A stretch of DNA of 64,000 bases from Caldilineaceae bacterium (GCA_965208365.1 OZ242330.1:3431031-3495030), one strand, 5' to 3'. Positions 19,921-29,547 are shown, counted from the stretch's first letter. Numbers and translations are program-made. Notes: generated by a model from the letters alone, not told the origin.

Positions 19921-20217
19921 ATGGACGTGCTGGTTACCTACGACATCGCCGATACCGACGAGGAAGAAGGAGCGAAACGCTTGAGGCGCATCGCCAAGGT
20001 CTGCCAGAAGTACGGGCAACGTGTCCAGTTCTCGGTGTTCGAGTGCCGCGTATCCAACACACAACTGGAACGAATGATCGGCGAGGTTGAGGATGTCTTC
20101 GACAAGTCCTGTGACTCTGTCATCATCTACCGCTTCCCCGGTGAGATGGAGAGTGCTACACTGCGTCTTGGTTGCGACAAACAGGAACGGAAACTCGGCG
20201 AACCGTGGATCCTGTGA
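19921..20217 (+). CDS. cas2: Cas2
   Basis: 98 aa. MDVLVTYDI...RLRRIAKVCQKYGQRVQFSVFECRV is the typical Cas2 ferredoxin fold. It begins 3 nt after the cas1 stop. Confidence 0.9.
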   Translation: MDVLVTYDIADTDEEEGAKRLRRIAKVCQKYGQRVQFSVFECRVSNTQLERMIGEVEDVFDKSCDSVIIYRFPGEMESATLRLGCDKQERKLGEPWIL

Positions 20218-20347
20218 GAGGCTTGCGAACCTCCAGTGATGTCGTATCTCCGGTGACATAATCGGATTTCATTGGGGTGGAGAGACTTGAAATGCGCCCT
20301 GAACTGCTGAATTTCACTCTCCAATGGCTTGATTTGGCCTTTTAGCC
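20218..20347 (+). promoter_or_regulatory. CRISPR leader (cas2-proximal), with a candidate extended -10 (TGaCATAAT at 20254-20262)
   Basis: 130-nt non-coding stretch, relatively AT-richer, between cas2 and the first perfect repeat. The degenerate repeats lie at the opposite end of the array, which places the leader here. The promoter call rests on sequence resemblance only. Confidence 0.55.
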
Positions 20348-21340
20348 CTGTCTCTGGGGTTCATGCCCCAGACTTCGTTGAGCGGGAGCAGATCGTGTCG
20401 GCGACGCGTGCCCTGGCCCACTGTCTCTGGGGTTCATGCCCCAGACTTCGTTGAGCGAGGCCTGCCGGCCGGAACCCACGGCCGACACCGTCTGTCTCTG
20501 GGGTTCATGCCCCAGACTTCGTTGAGCGCGTACACAACAAGCTGTACTGCAAGACCGTCTGCAACTGTCTCTGGGGTTCATGCCCCAGACTTCGTTGAGC
20601 GCGCACCCGAACTGCCTGTGCTTCCTTACGCCAAGGCCTGTCTCTGGGGTTCATGCCCCAGACTTCGTTGAGCGCTAGTCCTTTGGAGAGAACCACGCCG
20701 CCTCCGGGTCTGTCTCTGGGGTTCATGCCCCAGACTTCGTTGAGCGATCCCGTCACCGTCCAAACCATCGGACCGCGGGAAACAACTGTCTCTGGGGTTC
20801 ATGCCCCAGACTTCGTTGAGCGGATCACTCTCGCATCCGACGCCCTCGACGTAACCACCACTGTCTCTGGGGTTCATGCCCCAGACTTCGTTGAGCGGTG
20901 GAACCATCTGGCCGTACCGACGGGGTCCGGCAACTCTGTCTCTGGGGTTCATGCCCCAGACTTCGTTGAGCGGGGAAACATAGGCACTGCCACTGTTCGA
21001 TCCCGTCTCTGTCTCTGGGGTTCATGCCCCAGACTTCGTTGAGCGGTCTATCCGACCTGGATCCCGCAGGGCACGGACCAGGACTGTCTCTGGGGTTCAT
21101 GCCCCAGACTTCGTTGAGCGGACAATTGCGAGAGCTGGACCCTGCGGCTGTGCAATACTGTCTCTGGGGTACATACCCCAGACTTCGTTGAGCGCAGCCT
21201 TCGTTGCGGAACACGGCCGCGCCGATGCCCTGTCTCTGGGGGTTCATGCCCCAGACTTCGTTGAGCGGGCGGATATGCCGGCAGGGCTGCGCCTGATCGT
21301 TGACTGTCTCTGGGGTACATACCCCAGACTTCATTGAACG
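20348..21340 (+). CRISPR. CRISPR array: 14 repeats of 37 bp, 13 spacers of 34-39 bp
   Basis: Repeat consensus is CTGTCTCTGGGGTTCATGCCCCAGACTTCGTTGAGCG. It has an internal 7-bp stem TCTGGGG/CCCCAGA, a loop TTCATG and a 12-nt 3' tail. Repeat starts: 20348, 20421, 20492, 20565, 20638, 20710, 20786, 20861, 20936, 21009, 21084, 21158, 21230, 21304. Repeats 1-11 are identical. R12 has 2 loop substitutions, R13 has one extra G (38 bp) and R14 has 4 substitutions. Confidence 0.97.
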
Positions 21341-21820
21341 CACCAAATCCCGCGCCCTCCCAATTGCCCAACAAATCTGTTGTTGGTCCCCCCCCCAATT
21401 TCTCGACTCTGACCGCGAGTGGTGCGATCTGGCCAGTCTGATCTGGGTCAAATACGAACGTCGCTGTGGTGATCGGGTCGAGATGAACGTCTGCTGCTTT
21501 ATTTCCAGCCTGTCCCCAAGGCCAAGCTCCTATGGCAAGCCGCCGCCGGGCATCGAATACGAACACCACAGGGTACTGGCTGTCGTCTCTGGTGAGGACG
21601 ACAGCCGCATCCGCACGGGCCACGCGGTTCACAACATGGCCATCCCAAGCACATCGCCTACAATCTGCCGCCGCAAGCGTCCATCAAAGTAGGCATCGCC
21701 AACAAGCGGCTGGCAGCGGCTTGGAACCAGGGCTGCCTGTGTTGGCTGGCTGGTCTCAAGCCCAAACCTATTTGGCTCGACTTTATGCAAAGTCGAGTTT
21801 ACATGCAATCGTCCTGTCCC

Positions 21821-24016
21821 TCAGGCTGCTTCTGTGCTCTGTCGGTGCACTAATCCCATAGTCAGCAGCAGGATCCAAACTAACCACAGTTCCGGCAGTG
21901 CATAGCTGGCATCCACCATGCCGTGCGCGATGCCCGCGGCGGAAGCGCCCAGCGCGCCCACGGCAATTGGGCGGGGTCGCGCGGACAACAACTGCTGCAG
22001 AAGTCCACCTGCAACCACCCGCGCCAAGGCCAAACCGGTCAGGAAGCCTGGCAGGCCCAGACGGGTCAACAGGTCCAGAACGATGTTGTGCGGATGATTC
22101 AGGCCGGGTTCGTTCCATACCACAGACGCAATGTGGAATCCGCGGTACCAGTAAAGAAAGTTGTCGGGCCCAACACCCGACCACCAGTGAGCCGCGAACA
22201 TGGCCAGTGCGCTGCGCCAAAGGTGGATGCGAACCACTGATGTAAAGCTTTCACGCGGGTTCAGAACACCCGACATCCGCGGAGTGTCAAGGAAAGGGAC
22301 CAGCACCGCCAGTCCCACTGCGGCAGTCCCCGCCAAAATCCAGATGAACGACCTGGCCTGTGGCCAGCGTCGACTCACGACGATGGTCGCCAGCAGGATC
22401 GTCAGGCCGCCTGCAGGCAGCCCCAGGAACAGTGCACCCTTGCTGAATGTGAGGAGCACCGTGCCTGCGGTCAGGGCCGCGGACAAGCCCCAGGTCAGTC
22501 GCCATTTCCACGACTCCGCAAATCCCAGCATGGCTAGGGCAACCAGCATGCATCGTTCCAAGTACAGCGCAAGGTTGTTGGGCGAGCCGAACAGCCCCCG
22601 CGCCCGCCTGACACCCTCAACGTCCGTCACCTGAATGCCCTGGGTCCAAGCGATGATGCTGAACAGCGAAATCGCGACGGCCCCTGCCATCCACAGGACA
22701 ATCAGGGCTTGGGCCGCGCGTTCGGGTTCCGGTGTATGTTGAAGGAGCAGGAGCAGCGACGCCAGGAACATCCCTCCGGCAAGGAAAACGGTGCGCCACT
22801 CCCGGATCGCCTGGGGGAAGTAAGACGCGGCCAAGGCCGAGACAAGCGCGAGTCCGATTGTCAGGAACAGGAGTTTCGCGACCACTCTCATGCAATTCTG
22901 GAACGGATACTCCCGTGCCGTGGGTTCGTAAATCAGAACATGCACCAAGGTAACGGCGAAACCACCCCAAGTACCGATTTCGACCAGATTTAGTGCTAGG
23001 CCTGGAGCCAGCGGCACGGGGTGAAGATGGAATGGTAGGCCGGCTAGGGTCAGTCCCAACCACAGGATTGGCTGCCTAACACCCGTCAGTGTCAAAAGGC
23101 AGAGACTGGGTAAGGCCAGCCACCAGGTGCGGGTCGCGATACCGACTCCGATACCTACCGCGGCTACCGCGGCAACCCCAACCTGCATCGAAGACGTGGA
23201 GGGCGACAGCCTGTTCAAAGCGGCTTTCAGCCCCCAGTTCGCTAGTGCGCCCGTGGACTTGCGCCAAGCGGGAGCTAAGGGTCTCCAGGGGGCGAGCGTC
23301 CAGCAGGCCAGACCCAACAGGGACAAACCGACTCCTGGCCACGCCGGCACCCCCTGATGGTCGGCTTTTCCGTAGTCATGGCTTACTGGGCTACCTCCCG
23401 GCCACGCCCGCAGTTCCCAAGTTGGCTCCGGATCCGATGCAGCTCCTGACAGAAAATCCTGCAATTGAAACGGTTCGTCTACCCAGGGGGCCTGCCGAAT
23501 GGCCAAGGACGTGGAATGAAGTCCGGATCGGGAACTTCTGTGGGCCAGCACCCACTCGGTCCGCGGCCGCATCCGCGGGTGCTCCCAGGGAGACAGGAGC
23601 GGTAATGTGCCCAGCAGAGATTCGGAATCTAGGAACCGGCGCAACTGGCTGGCGGGCACTTTATCGACAACCAGTTGCAACTGCGCAGGCACATCCGCTC
23701 TGTCCAGTGCCAACCACAGGTCCGTTCCATGCCAGGTGAAGTCAAGTTCCAATACGTCATTCGCCCGACATGGTGGGTTTGTGGGGATCGATTCCGGTTG
23801 TGGCGAGCGACAGATCGCACCAGACAGTACCGCACTGTCGGCTGACACGATGGTTCCGGCTGCAAGGGTTTCCGCGGTCGCAACCAATGCGTCCTCAGGG
23901 AATACAACGGTCCAAGTGCGGTGACCCGAAAGGGTCAGCCAAATCAGGCCGGTCAGCAGACATGCAGCACCGAGCGCTGTGGCAACACCGGTACGCAGCT
24001 TGAAGCGTGTAGTCAC
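21821..24016 (-). CDS. O-antigen ligase/polymerase (Wzy_C)-family polytopic membrane protein with a large N-terminal extracytoplasmic region
   Basis: 731 aa with many TM helices. LLTFSKGALFLGLPAG, GPDNFLYWY and HPHNIVLDLLTRLGLPG resemble the O-antigen ligase family signature. Confidence 0.7.
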   Translation of the reverse strand: MTTRFKLRTGVATALGAACLLTGLIWLTLSGHRTWTVVFPEDALVATAETLAAGTIVSADSAVLSGAICRSPQPESIPTNPPCRANDVLELDFTWHGTDLWLALDRADVPAQLQLVVDKVPASQLRRFLDSESLLGTLPLLSPWEHPRMRPRTEWVLAHRSSRSGLHSTSLAIRQAPWVDEPFQLQDFLSGAASDPEPTWELRAWPGGSPVSHDYGKADHQGVPAWPGVGLSLLGLACWTLAPWRPLAPAWRKSTGALANWGLKAALNRLSPSTSSMQVGVAAVAAVGIGVGIATRTWWLALPSLCLLTLTGVRQPILWLGLTLAGLPFHLHPVPLAPGLALNLVEIGTWGGFAVTLVHVLIYEPTAREYPFQNCMRVVAKLLFLTIGLALVSALAASYFPQAIREWRTVFLAGGMFLASLLLLLQHTPEPERAAQALIVLWMAGAVAISLFSIIAWTQGIQVTDVEGVRRARGLFGSPNNLALYLERCMLVALAMLGFAESWKWRLTWGLSAALTAGTVLLTFSKGALFLGLPAGGLTILLATIVVSRRWPQARSFIWILAGTAAVGLAVLVPFLDTPRMSGVLNPRESFTSVVRIHLWRSALAMFAAHWWSGVGPDNFLYWYRGFHIASVVWNEPGLNHPHNIVLDLLTRLGLPGFLTGLALARVVAGGLLQQLLSARPRPIAVGALGASAAGIAHGMVDASYALPELWLVWILLLTMGLVHRQSTEAA

Positions 24017-24145
24017 GACAGCCGGGCGGCTTTGTGGTCTGCCCAGGATTGGAAACAGTCAAGCCTGCTGGTACGGTTGTAGGCTTGGCTGTAGGCGTTG
24101 TCGGTCGCAACCGCCGCAAACGACCGAATTGAAAAGACGTCGACG

Positions 24146-24856
24146 TCAGTCGAGGCTGCGCAGAACCGCAAGAACTTTGCCTTGGATCTCCACCTGCGAT
24201 GCGTGGCGTCGGACGGGCTGGTGCATGTGGTTGGGACTGGACGGCTGGAGACGCACAAAATCCCCTTCGCGGTAAAACTGTTTCAGGGTCATGGCGTTGT
24301 CGTCCGCGATCCAGGCAGCCACCAAGTCTCCGTTGCGTACCGATCCTTCCTGGGGCGGGGACATGACGACAATGTCGTTGTCGAGAATCCCGGAGTCAAT
24401 CATGGAATCGCCCTGGACGCGCAAGGCGTAAACATTGGCGCGGTATCCAATCATTTCCTGGGATACATGAACATGTTCGTCCGCGGTCAGCCAGGTGCGG
24501 GTTTCTCCCACATCCACCGGATTGCTGGCGACGATATTGCCCAGCACCGGTACCATCTGGTGGTTCTGCCGATCCGTTTCCTCGATATCAAACCCCTTTT
24601 CCTCTGCCTTGGAGTAGTTGAGTTTGATGGCGCGGCTGGCATGCCGTTCCCTTGAAATGAGACCGTGCTCAACCAACTTGCCAAGGTTATAGTTGACCAC
24701 GGAGGAGCTGGGCACGCCGATTGCGTCGCAAATTTCCCGGATGGACGGGGGGTATTGTCTTTGCGCAATGTATTCGTGAATGAACTGGAACATCTTGCGT
24801 TGGCGATCTGTCAGTTCACGCAGTTTGTACTTTCCGCGTTTACCTGTGCGTGGCAT
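24146..24856 (-). CDS. lexA: LexA repressor
   Basis: N-terminal wHTH (REICDAIGVPSSSVVNYNLGKLVEHGLISR). S24 peptidase core VQGDSMIDSGILDNDIVVM ... LKQFYREGDFVRLQPSSPN. ATG at 24856 is preceded by AGGAG with a 7-nt spacer. Confidence 0.9.
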   Translation of the reverse strand: MPRTGKRGKYKLRELTDRQRKMFQFIHEYIAQRQYPPSIREICDAIGVPSSSVVNYNLGKLVEHGLISRERHASRAIKLNYSKAEEKGFDIEETDRQNHQMVPVLGNIVASNPVDVGETRTWLTADEHVHVSQEMIGYRANVYALRVQGDSMIDSGILDNDIVVMSPPQEGSVRNGDLVAAWIADDNAMTLKQFYREGDFVRLQPSSPNHMHQPVRRHASQVEIQGKVLAVLRSLD

Positions 24857-24900
24857 TGCTATGCTCCTGATCGGAATCTGTGCAGTTTGCAACAACTTTG

Positions 24901-24929
24901 ATTATACGACAACAACCGCATATTCCTAA
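24901..24929 (-). promoter_or_regulatory. Candidate sigma70-type promoter of lexA (-10 TATAAT, -35 TTAGGA, 17-nt spacer)
   Basis: The minus strand reads TTAGGA-N17-TATAAT, about 40 nt upstream of the lexA ATG. A perfect -10 hexamer stands out in this GC-rich context. This is sequence resemblance only. Confidence 0.4.
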
Positions 24930-25029
24930 CAGAGTTTCAAACTTTCGATCAACCCGGCGACAGACCGATAACCTGCCGAGGGGCAGGCACGCAACGGTGC
25001 AATTGCTCTGCCGTCGCCGCGAACGACCT

Positions 25030-26067
25030 TCAATTTGCCGATCGCAACGGCAGGATCCACATCGGTTCCATACCGACGGCAAACCGATTTCGGAAATCCA
25101 GCCGACCCGTATGAGAACAAATTTCGTAGACAGTCATACAGCCTGTGGCAAGGCCGGCGCAAAACAGGAACCGATCGTCGGACGAAATGCCGAAGGCGCG
25201 GGGGATTTCCTCAGTTGACTGCCAACCCAGCTGCCGGAGGTTACCGGATTGCCGATCAACCCCAAACAAGGCCAGGCTGTTGTGTCCGCGGTTGCTGACA
25301 TACAGGAACCGGGCATCGTTCGTGAGCCGAATTTGGGCACAGGTGTTGGCCAATCCCCATGGATGGGGCAGCGTTGAAACGGAACCAAGGCAAGGGCCCA
25401 GTCGTCCGTCGGCGGTCAGGCGCCGGTGCCCCACTGTGGAGCTGTGTTCGTTGGAGACGAAGAGGCTTGAGCTGTCCGGATAAACCTCGAAGTGACGCGG
25501 CCCTGCCGGCCCGATCCACGGATCGGACTCCGCTGTGACCTTGCCGTATGCCCTTAGTGCCCCGGTGTGCCGGTCAAGTTCGAACTCGTGAATTGCGTTT
25601 TCCTCGCCGGTATGCGCGACCAGGAGACGACCGGTTGCACCGATTTCCCTGATGCAATGGGCTTTCGGACCGGTGGCGGTAGTCCAAACCGGCATCGTGG
25701 ACAGGCCTTTGCCCGCCTGCGTGGAATGGACCGAGATACATCCGGCTCCGTAATAGGCGGCCAGGAGCCATTTCCCTCGGCTGTCTAAGTCCAGATAACA
25801 GGGATCGGAGTCCAACTGAACGGTTTGCACCGGATCAGACGTGGCCCAGGCATCTCCCGCCAACTTCCATGTTGCCAGTTGGCAGGAGCCCCTAAGGCCA
25901 CCGTACAGAGTGGAGCCGTCCCGGGACTGGACCAAGGGACCGGGACGGGAGTGGGCGAGCAGGCGGGTTACCCGAAGCAGGCGGCCTTCTTCCGGCACAT
26001 AGTCCAGGATGTCGACGCAATCCTCACCGGACAGCGAGACTGCGATGCGGATTTCCGGGCCGGCCAC
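25030..26067 (-). CDS. Lactonase-family 7-bladed beta-propeller (6-phosphogluconolactonase-type)
   Basis: Repeated propeller-like segments (e.g. PRHFEVYPDSSSLFVSNEHSS; ARFLYVSNRGHNSLALFGVD; DRFLFCAGLATGCMTVYEI). The track ORF extends to 26736 but overlaps fabI. I chose GTG at 26067, which is in frame and has GGAG 6 nt upstream. Confidence 0.65.
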   Translation of the reverse strand: MAGPEIRIAVSLSGEDCVDILDYVPEEGRLLRVTRLLAHSRPGPLVQSRDGSTLYGGLRGSCQLATWKLAGDAWATSDPVQTVQLDSDPCYLDLDSRGKWLLAAYYGAGCISVHSTQAGKGLSTMPVWTTATGPKAHCIREIGATGRLLVAHTGEENAIHEFELDRHTGALRAYGKVTAESDPWIGPAGPRHFEVYPDSSSLFVSNEHSSTVGHRRLTADGRLGPCLGSVSTLPHPWGLANTCAQIRLTNDARFLYVSNRGHNSLALFGVDRQSGNLRQLGWQSTEEIPRAFGISSDDRFLFCAGLATGCMTVYEICSHTGRLDFRNRFAVGMEPMWILPLRSAN

Positions 26068-26111
26068 GCCGCGCTCCGTGTGGTTATCCCTGCCGGTTCG
26101 CCAGACGCGAA

Positions 26112-26918
26112 TCAGCCGTCCGGCTTCAGCGTAAGGGAACCGATTACGGAGTCGTCGGGGGCACCCATGATGTTGTATCCACCGTCCACGTGCATGACCT
26201 CGCCCGTGATGCCGGTGGACAGGTCGGAGACCAGGAACCGGGCTGCATTGCCGATGTCGGTCTGAGTTACCGTACCCCCCGGGGCAACGTGGCCGATGTA
26301 GTCCAGGCTCTTGCGGAACCCGGCAATGCCGGAGGCCGAGAGCGTCCGGATGGGACCTGCCGAAATGGCGTTGACCCTGATGTTGTCCTGCCCCAGGTCC
26401 CAGGCCAAGTACCGAACGGACGCTTCCAGAGCGGCCTTGGCTACTCCCATTACGTTGTAGTTGGGGGTTACTTTCTCGGAACCGAAGTAGGTCATGGCGA
26501 TGATGCTGCCGCCGTTCGGCATCAGGGCGGCCGCGTGCCTCGACATCGCGATCAGGCTGTAGCAACTGACATCGAGCGCGATCTGGAACCCTTCCCTGGA
26601 CGTGTCCTGGAAGCGTCCGCTCAAATCCTCGCGCGGCGCGTAGGCGATGCAGTGGGCCAAAAAGTCGATTGTTCCGAACGTTGTCTTGGCATGCTCGAAG
26701 GTTCGGGCCAGGGCCGCCTCGTCGGTCACGTCGCATTCCTCAATGAACCGGCTGTCGACGCTCTCGGCTAGGGGTCGCACGCGGCGTTCGAGTCTTTCGT
26801 TGGCGTAGGTGAATCCCAACTCGGCTCCCTGGTCATGGAGAGCCTGTGCGATGCCCCAGGCAATGGAGTTTTTGTTGGCAACGCCGAATATCAGGCCTTG
26901 CTTTCCTTCTAGCGACAT
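26112..26918 (-). CDS. fabI: Enoyl-[acyl-carrier-protein] reductase (NADH)
   Basis: [53 protein letters not shown] and [20 protein letters not shown] at 26918. Confidence 0.9.
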   Translation of the reverse strand: MSLEGKQGLIFGVANKNSIAWGIAQALHDQGAELGFTYANERLERRVRPLAESVDSRFIEECDVTDEAALARTFEHAKTTFGTIDFLAHCIAYAPREDLSGRFQDTSREGFQIALDVSCYSLIAMSRHAAALMPNGGSIIAMTYFGSEKVTPNYNVMGVAKAALEASVRYLAWDLGQDNIRVNAISAGPIRTLSASGIAGFRKSLDYIGHVAPGGTVTQTDIGNAARFLVSDLSTGITGEVMHVDGGYNIMGAPDDSVIGSLTLKPDG

Positions 26919-27013
26919 GTGTGACCTTCTTCGACTGGAGTTTTGCTTGTGAGGAGGGGGCTCATCCAAAACTGTATCCGAGGCTCCCAACCCGCAATTC
27001 GGACAGGTCCGTT

Positions 27014-28318
27014 TCAGCCGGTCCTTTGTTCTTTCGGCATCGGATGGGCAAGACGCAGGAATCTTGTCTTGCCTGCCTGCAACACCTGTTCCTGCCCAGG
27101 GTGGGGGTGTACCTTCAGCATCGGATTCGACACGGTTTCGCCGTTGAGGCGCACACCGCCTTGGGCTACCAAGCGGCGGCCCTCTCCTCTGCTCTTAACC
27201 AAGGAGGTGTCCGCCAGCAGGTCCAGGATCGACATCGGTTCCAATACGTCTACAACGGGTGCCGAACTGGGTGCGTCACCACCGTGCATGCGGGCTGCGT
27301 CGGTGGCGGCCTGCCCGGCCAGGTCGTCGCCGTGGAAGGTACTGACAATTTCCTTCGCCAAGTCCCGCTTGACACCCGCGATGTCATCCTTCCCCCTGTG
27401 TTGAGCCGCGTCCAGGGTGGCCTGGTCCCATCGCGTGGCGAGATCGCAGTAGAGGGGAACCACTTCGTCGGGAAGGTTCAGGACCTTGGTAAACATCAGG
27501 CCCGGTTCGTCATCGATGTTGATTGTGTTGCCGGAGGACTTGCTCATACGGAGGACCCCGTCCGTGCCCGGAAGGATGGGATAGGTCAGCACGGTCTGGG
27601 GTTTCATGCCCCGCGCTTCCATCAGCTTGCGTCCCGCCATGAGGTTGAACAACTGGTCGGTGCCGCCGATTTGGACATCGGTTTCGAGGGCGACAGCGTC
27701 CTGGGCCTGCATCAATGCATAGAAGAATTCGTGCAGCCAGATTGCGTCGCCGCGTTCCTGGCGCTGCCGGAAATTGTGTCTGGCCAGAAACTGCTGGACC
27801 GTGAACAGGCTGGCGATGTCAATCACATCGCCAAAGGTCAGCTTCTCAAGCCAGCGGTGGTTGTAGTCGATGATGGTGGTGTCGCGATCCAGAATGCGAA
27901 AGGCCTGGGTCGCAAACGTTTCCGCCTTGTCCAGGGCTTCCGCCAGGGTCTGCTGGGCACGCGCCGAATCCTGGTGGCTGGGGTCTCCGATGGTTCCGGT
28001 GAACGATCCGATCAGGAACACGACCTGATGACCCAATTCCTGAAACTGGCGCAGCTTGCGCATGGGGATCGTGTGGCCAAGGTGAAGATCCGACCGCGAC
28101 GGATCGAATCCACAGTAGACGCGCAGGGGCTTGCCTGAGGCCTTGGAGCCGGCCAAGCGGGCCCGGAGCTCTTTCTCCATGTTGTCGCGGGTCTGGGGAT
28201 CGCCGCAGTCCACGCCGCGCATCAGGATGGCCAGTTGTTCGTCAACCGGCCGGAATTTGTTCGAGTTGGGTTCGTTCTGCACGTCTGAATTGTTCGATGG
28301 AAGTTGACGTCCGCCCAT
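27014..28318 (-). CDS. tyrS: Tyrosine--tRNA ligase
   Basis: HIGH-type [21 protein letters not shown] and KMSKS-type LRMSKSSGN, with a C-terminal S4-like domain. ATG at 28318; the longer track ORF has an implausible N-terminus. Confidence 0.9.
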   Translation of the reverse strand: MGGRQLPSNNSDVQNEPNSNKFRPVDEQLAILMRGVDCGDPQTRDNMEKELRARLAGSKASGKPLRVYCGFDPSRSDLHLGHTIPMRKLRQFQELGHQVVFLIGSFTGTIGDPSHQDSARAQQTLAEALDKAETFATQAFRILDRDTTIIDYNHRWLEKLTFGDVIDIASLFTVQQFLARHNFRQRQERGDAIWLHEFFYALMQAQDAVALETDVQIGGTDQLFNLMAGRKLMEARGMKPQTVLTYPILPGTDGVLRMSKSSGNTINIDDEPGLMFTKVLNLPDEVVPLYCDLATRWDQATLDAAQHRGKDDIAGVKRDLAKEIVSTFHGDDLAGQAATDAARMHGGDAPSSAPVVDVLEPMSILDLLADTSLVKSRGEGRRLVAQGGVRLNGETVSNPMLKVHPHPGQEQVLQAGKTRFLRLAHPMPKEQRTG

Positions 28319-28635
28319 TATAGACAGGAAGCCGCAGGCCGGCCTTCCCCCACCGGGTCTTGCTCCTCGATGCCGAATGTACACGCAGACAACATTCAGG
28401 TTCCGCTTGTCCACGGCCAGGGGCATGCTTCCTTGGCCGCGCGGAGACGGTCGGGAAACGGGTACCGCTGTGAGTGCCCGCCGCATGATCGGAAACCTGC
28501 AACGACGGAACGCGATCCACCTGTGCGCCTTCGGTTCGCTTCGTTATTGGCGGTGCAGGATGTATTCTGCGATCCGCGGACGCGAGGAACGGTTTCGTCC
28601 CGCACAACAAAGACGGAACAAGGATCACTGGAATA

Positions 28636-29547
28636 ATGGCATTCACGGTCAGGGATTGCTGGACAGGCAATATGCCCGGTGCAAACGGTACTTCAAGTCA
28701 TGGCCTGGATGAGGTGCGGGAAGCCACCGGGGCCATCAAGGCCGTTCTGCTCGACATGGATGGAGTGGTGTATCGCGGTGAGACCATCCTTGACGGAGTC
28801 TTGGATTTCCTTGCCTGGTCGGAGGGCATGGGGATTCGCCTCCTGTATGTAACCAACAACGCTACCAAGACGCCCTCCATGTTCGTCGACAAGTTGGCGG
28901 CCATGGGCATTGAGGCGCTGCCTGACCAAATCATCACCAGCGCCGAAGCCACCGCTGGCTGGATGGCGCGCAATGTTCAGCCTGGCAGCAAGGTACAGAT
29001 TGTGGGGGGACCCGGTGTCTGGAACGCGATGATCACGCGGGGATTCCAGCCGGCCAATTCGCCGCAGGCCGCTGATTTCGTGGTGGTCGGCATGGACTTC
29101 AACCTGGATTACCGCAAATGTGCTGAGGCAACTCTGGCAATCGCGGCGGGAGCCGACTTCATTGCCACGAATGTTGACGCCACGTTTCCGTCCGAAGAGG
29201 GCAACATCCCCGGTGCCGGTGCCATCGTGTCGCTCTTGAAGACGGCCTCGGGCGTGGAGCCAACCGTCATCGGCAAACCGAGTCCGGGCATGTTTGAGGA
29301 GGCCATGGCCAGGCTGGCGCTGCAGCCTCACGAATGCCTGATGGTGGGTGACCGCTACGAAACAGATATTGAAGGTGCCCAGAAAATCGGCATCTGGACC
29401 CTGGGCATCGGGACCGGGGTGACATCGGTTGCGGAATTCCGGGGCAAGGACCAACCGCCGAACTTCGTGGTGCAGGACATGGCGGAGTTCCTGGACCTGT
29501 TCCGTGGATCGAATCTCCTGGGATGCCGCCGGACCGGCCCGCATTGA
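28636..29547 (+). CDS. HAD-superfamily subfamily IIA hydrolase (NagD-like sugar phosphatase)
   Basis: VLLDMDGVVYRG ... LLYVTNNATKT ... GKPSPGMFEEA ... MVGDRYETDIEGA. Alternative ATG at 28672. Confidence 0.8.
   Translation: MAFTVRDCWTGNMPGANGTSSHGLDEVREATGAIKAVLLDMDGVVYRGETILDGVLDFLAWSEGMGIRLLYVTNNATKTPSMFVDKLAAMGIEALPDQIITSAEATAGWMARNVQPGSKVQIVGGPGVWNAMITRGFQPANSPQAADFVVVGMDFNLDYRKCAEATLAIAAGADFIATNVDATFPSEEGNIPGAGAIVSLLKTASGVEPTVIGKPSPGMFEEAMARLALQPHECLMVGDRYETDIEGAQKIGIWTLGIGTGVTSVAEFRGKDQPPNFVVQDMAEFLDLFRGSNLLGCRRTGPH

Noticed and set aside
20342-21632. Multiple ORFs on both strands across the array (e.g. 20825..21451, 21048..21632, 20653..21042) that translate to repeated peptides such as LNEVWGMNPRD / SGVHAPDFVER.
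   Set aside because: They are translations of the CRISPR repeats. The periodic identical peptides are an artefact of the 37-bp repeat, not coding sequence.
21341-21820. Possible DDE transposase remnant downstream of the array. Minus-strand fragments read ...PLVGDAYFDGRLRRQIVG... and MNRVARADAAVVLTRDDSQYPVVFVFD...
   Set aside because: The D(x)GY-like pattern is weak and I could not place other transposase blocks. The longer ORF reads into the CRISPR repeats. I treat this region as unassigned junk DNA rather than a called feature.
24469-24478. Perfect palindrome GAACATGTTC, which recalls the Gram-positive SOS box half-sites GAAC/GTTC.
   Set aside because: The spacing is N2 rather than N4, and it lies inside the lexA coding sequence about 380 nt downstream of the start. 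It is unlikely to be an operator.
28319-28635. Possible T-box leader upstream of tyrS: a 317-nt gap, a GAATACA (Tyr codon-like) element, and GGTACC-containing stretches (CAGCGGTACCCG on the tyrS strand, ACGGGTACCGCT on the other).
   Set aside because: The conserved T-box sequence (..GGTGGTACCGCG..) is only partly matched, and it is matched better on the wrong strand. I could not build a Stem I/specifier/antiterminator architecture by hand. An Infernal T-box scan would settle it.
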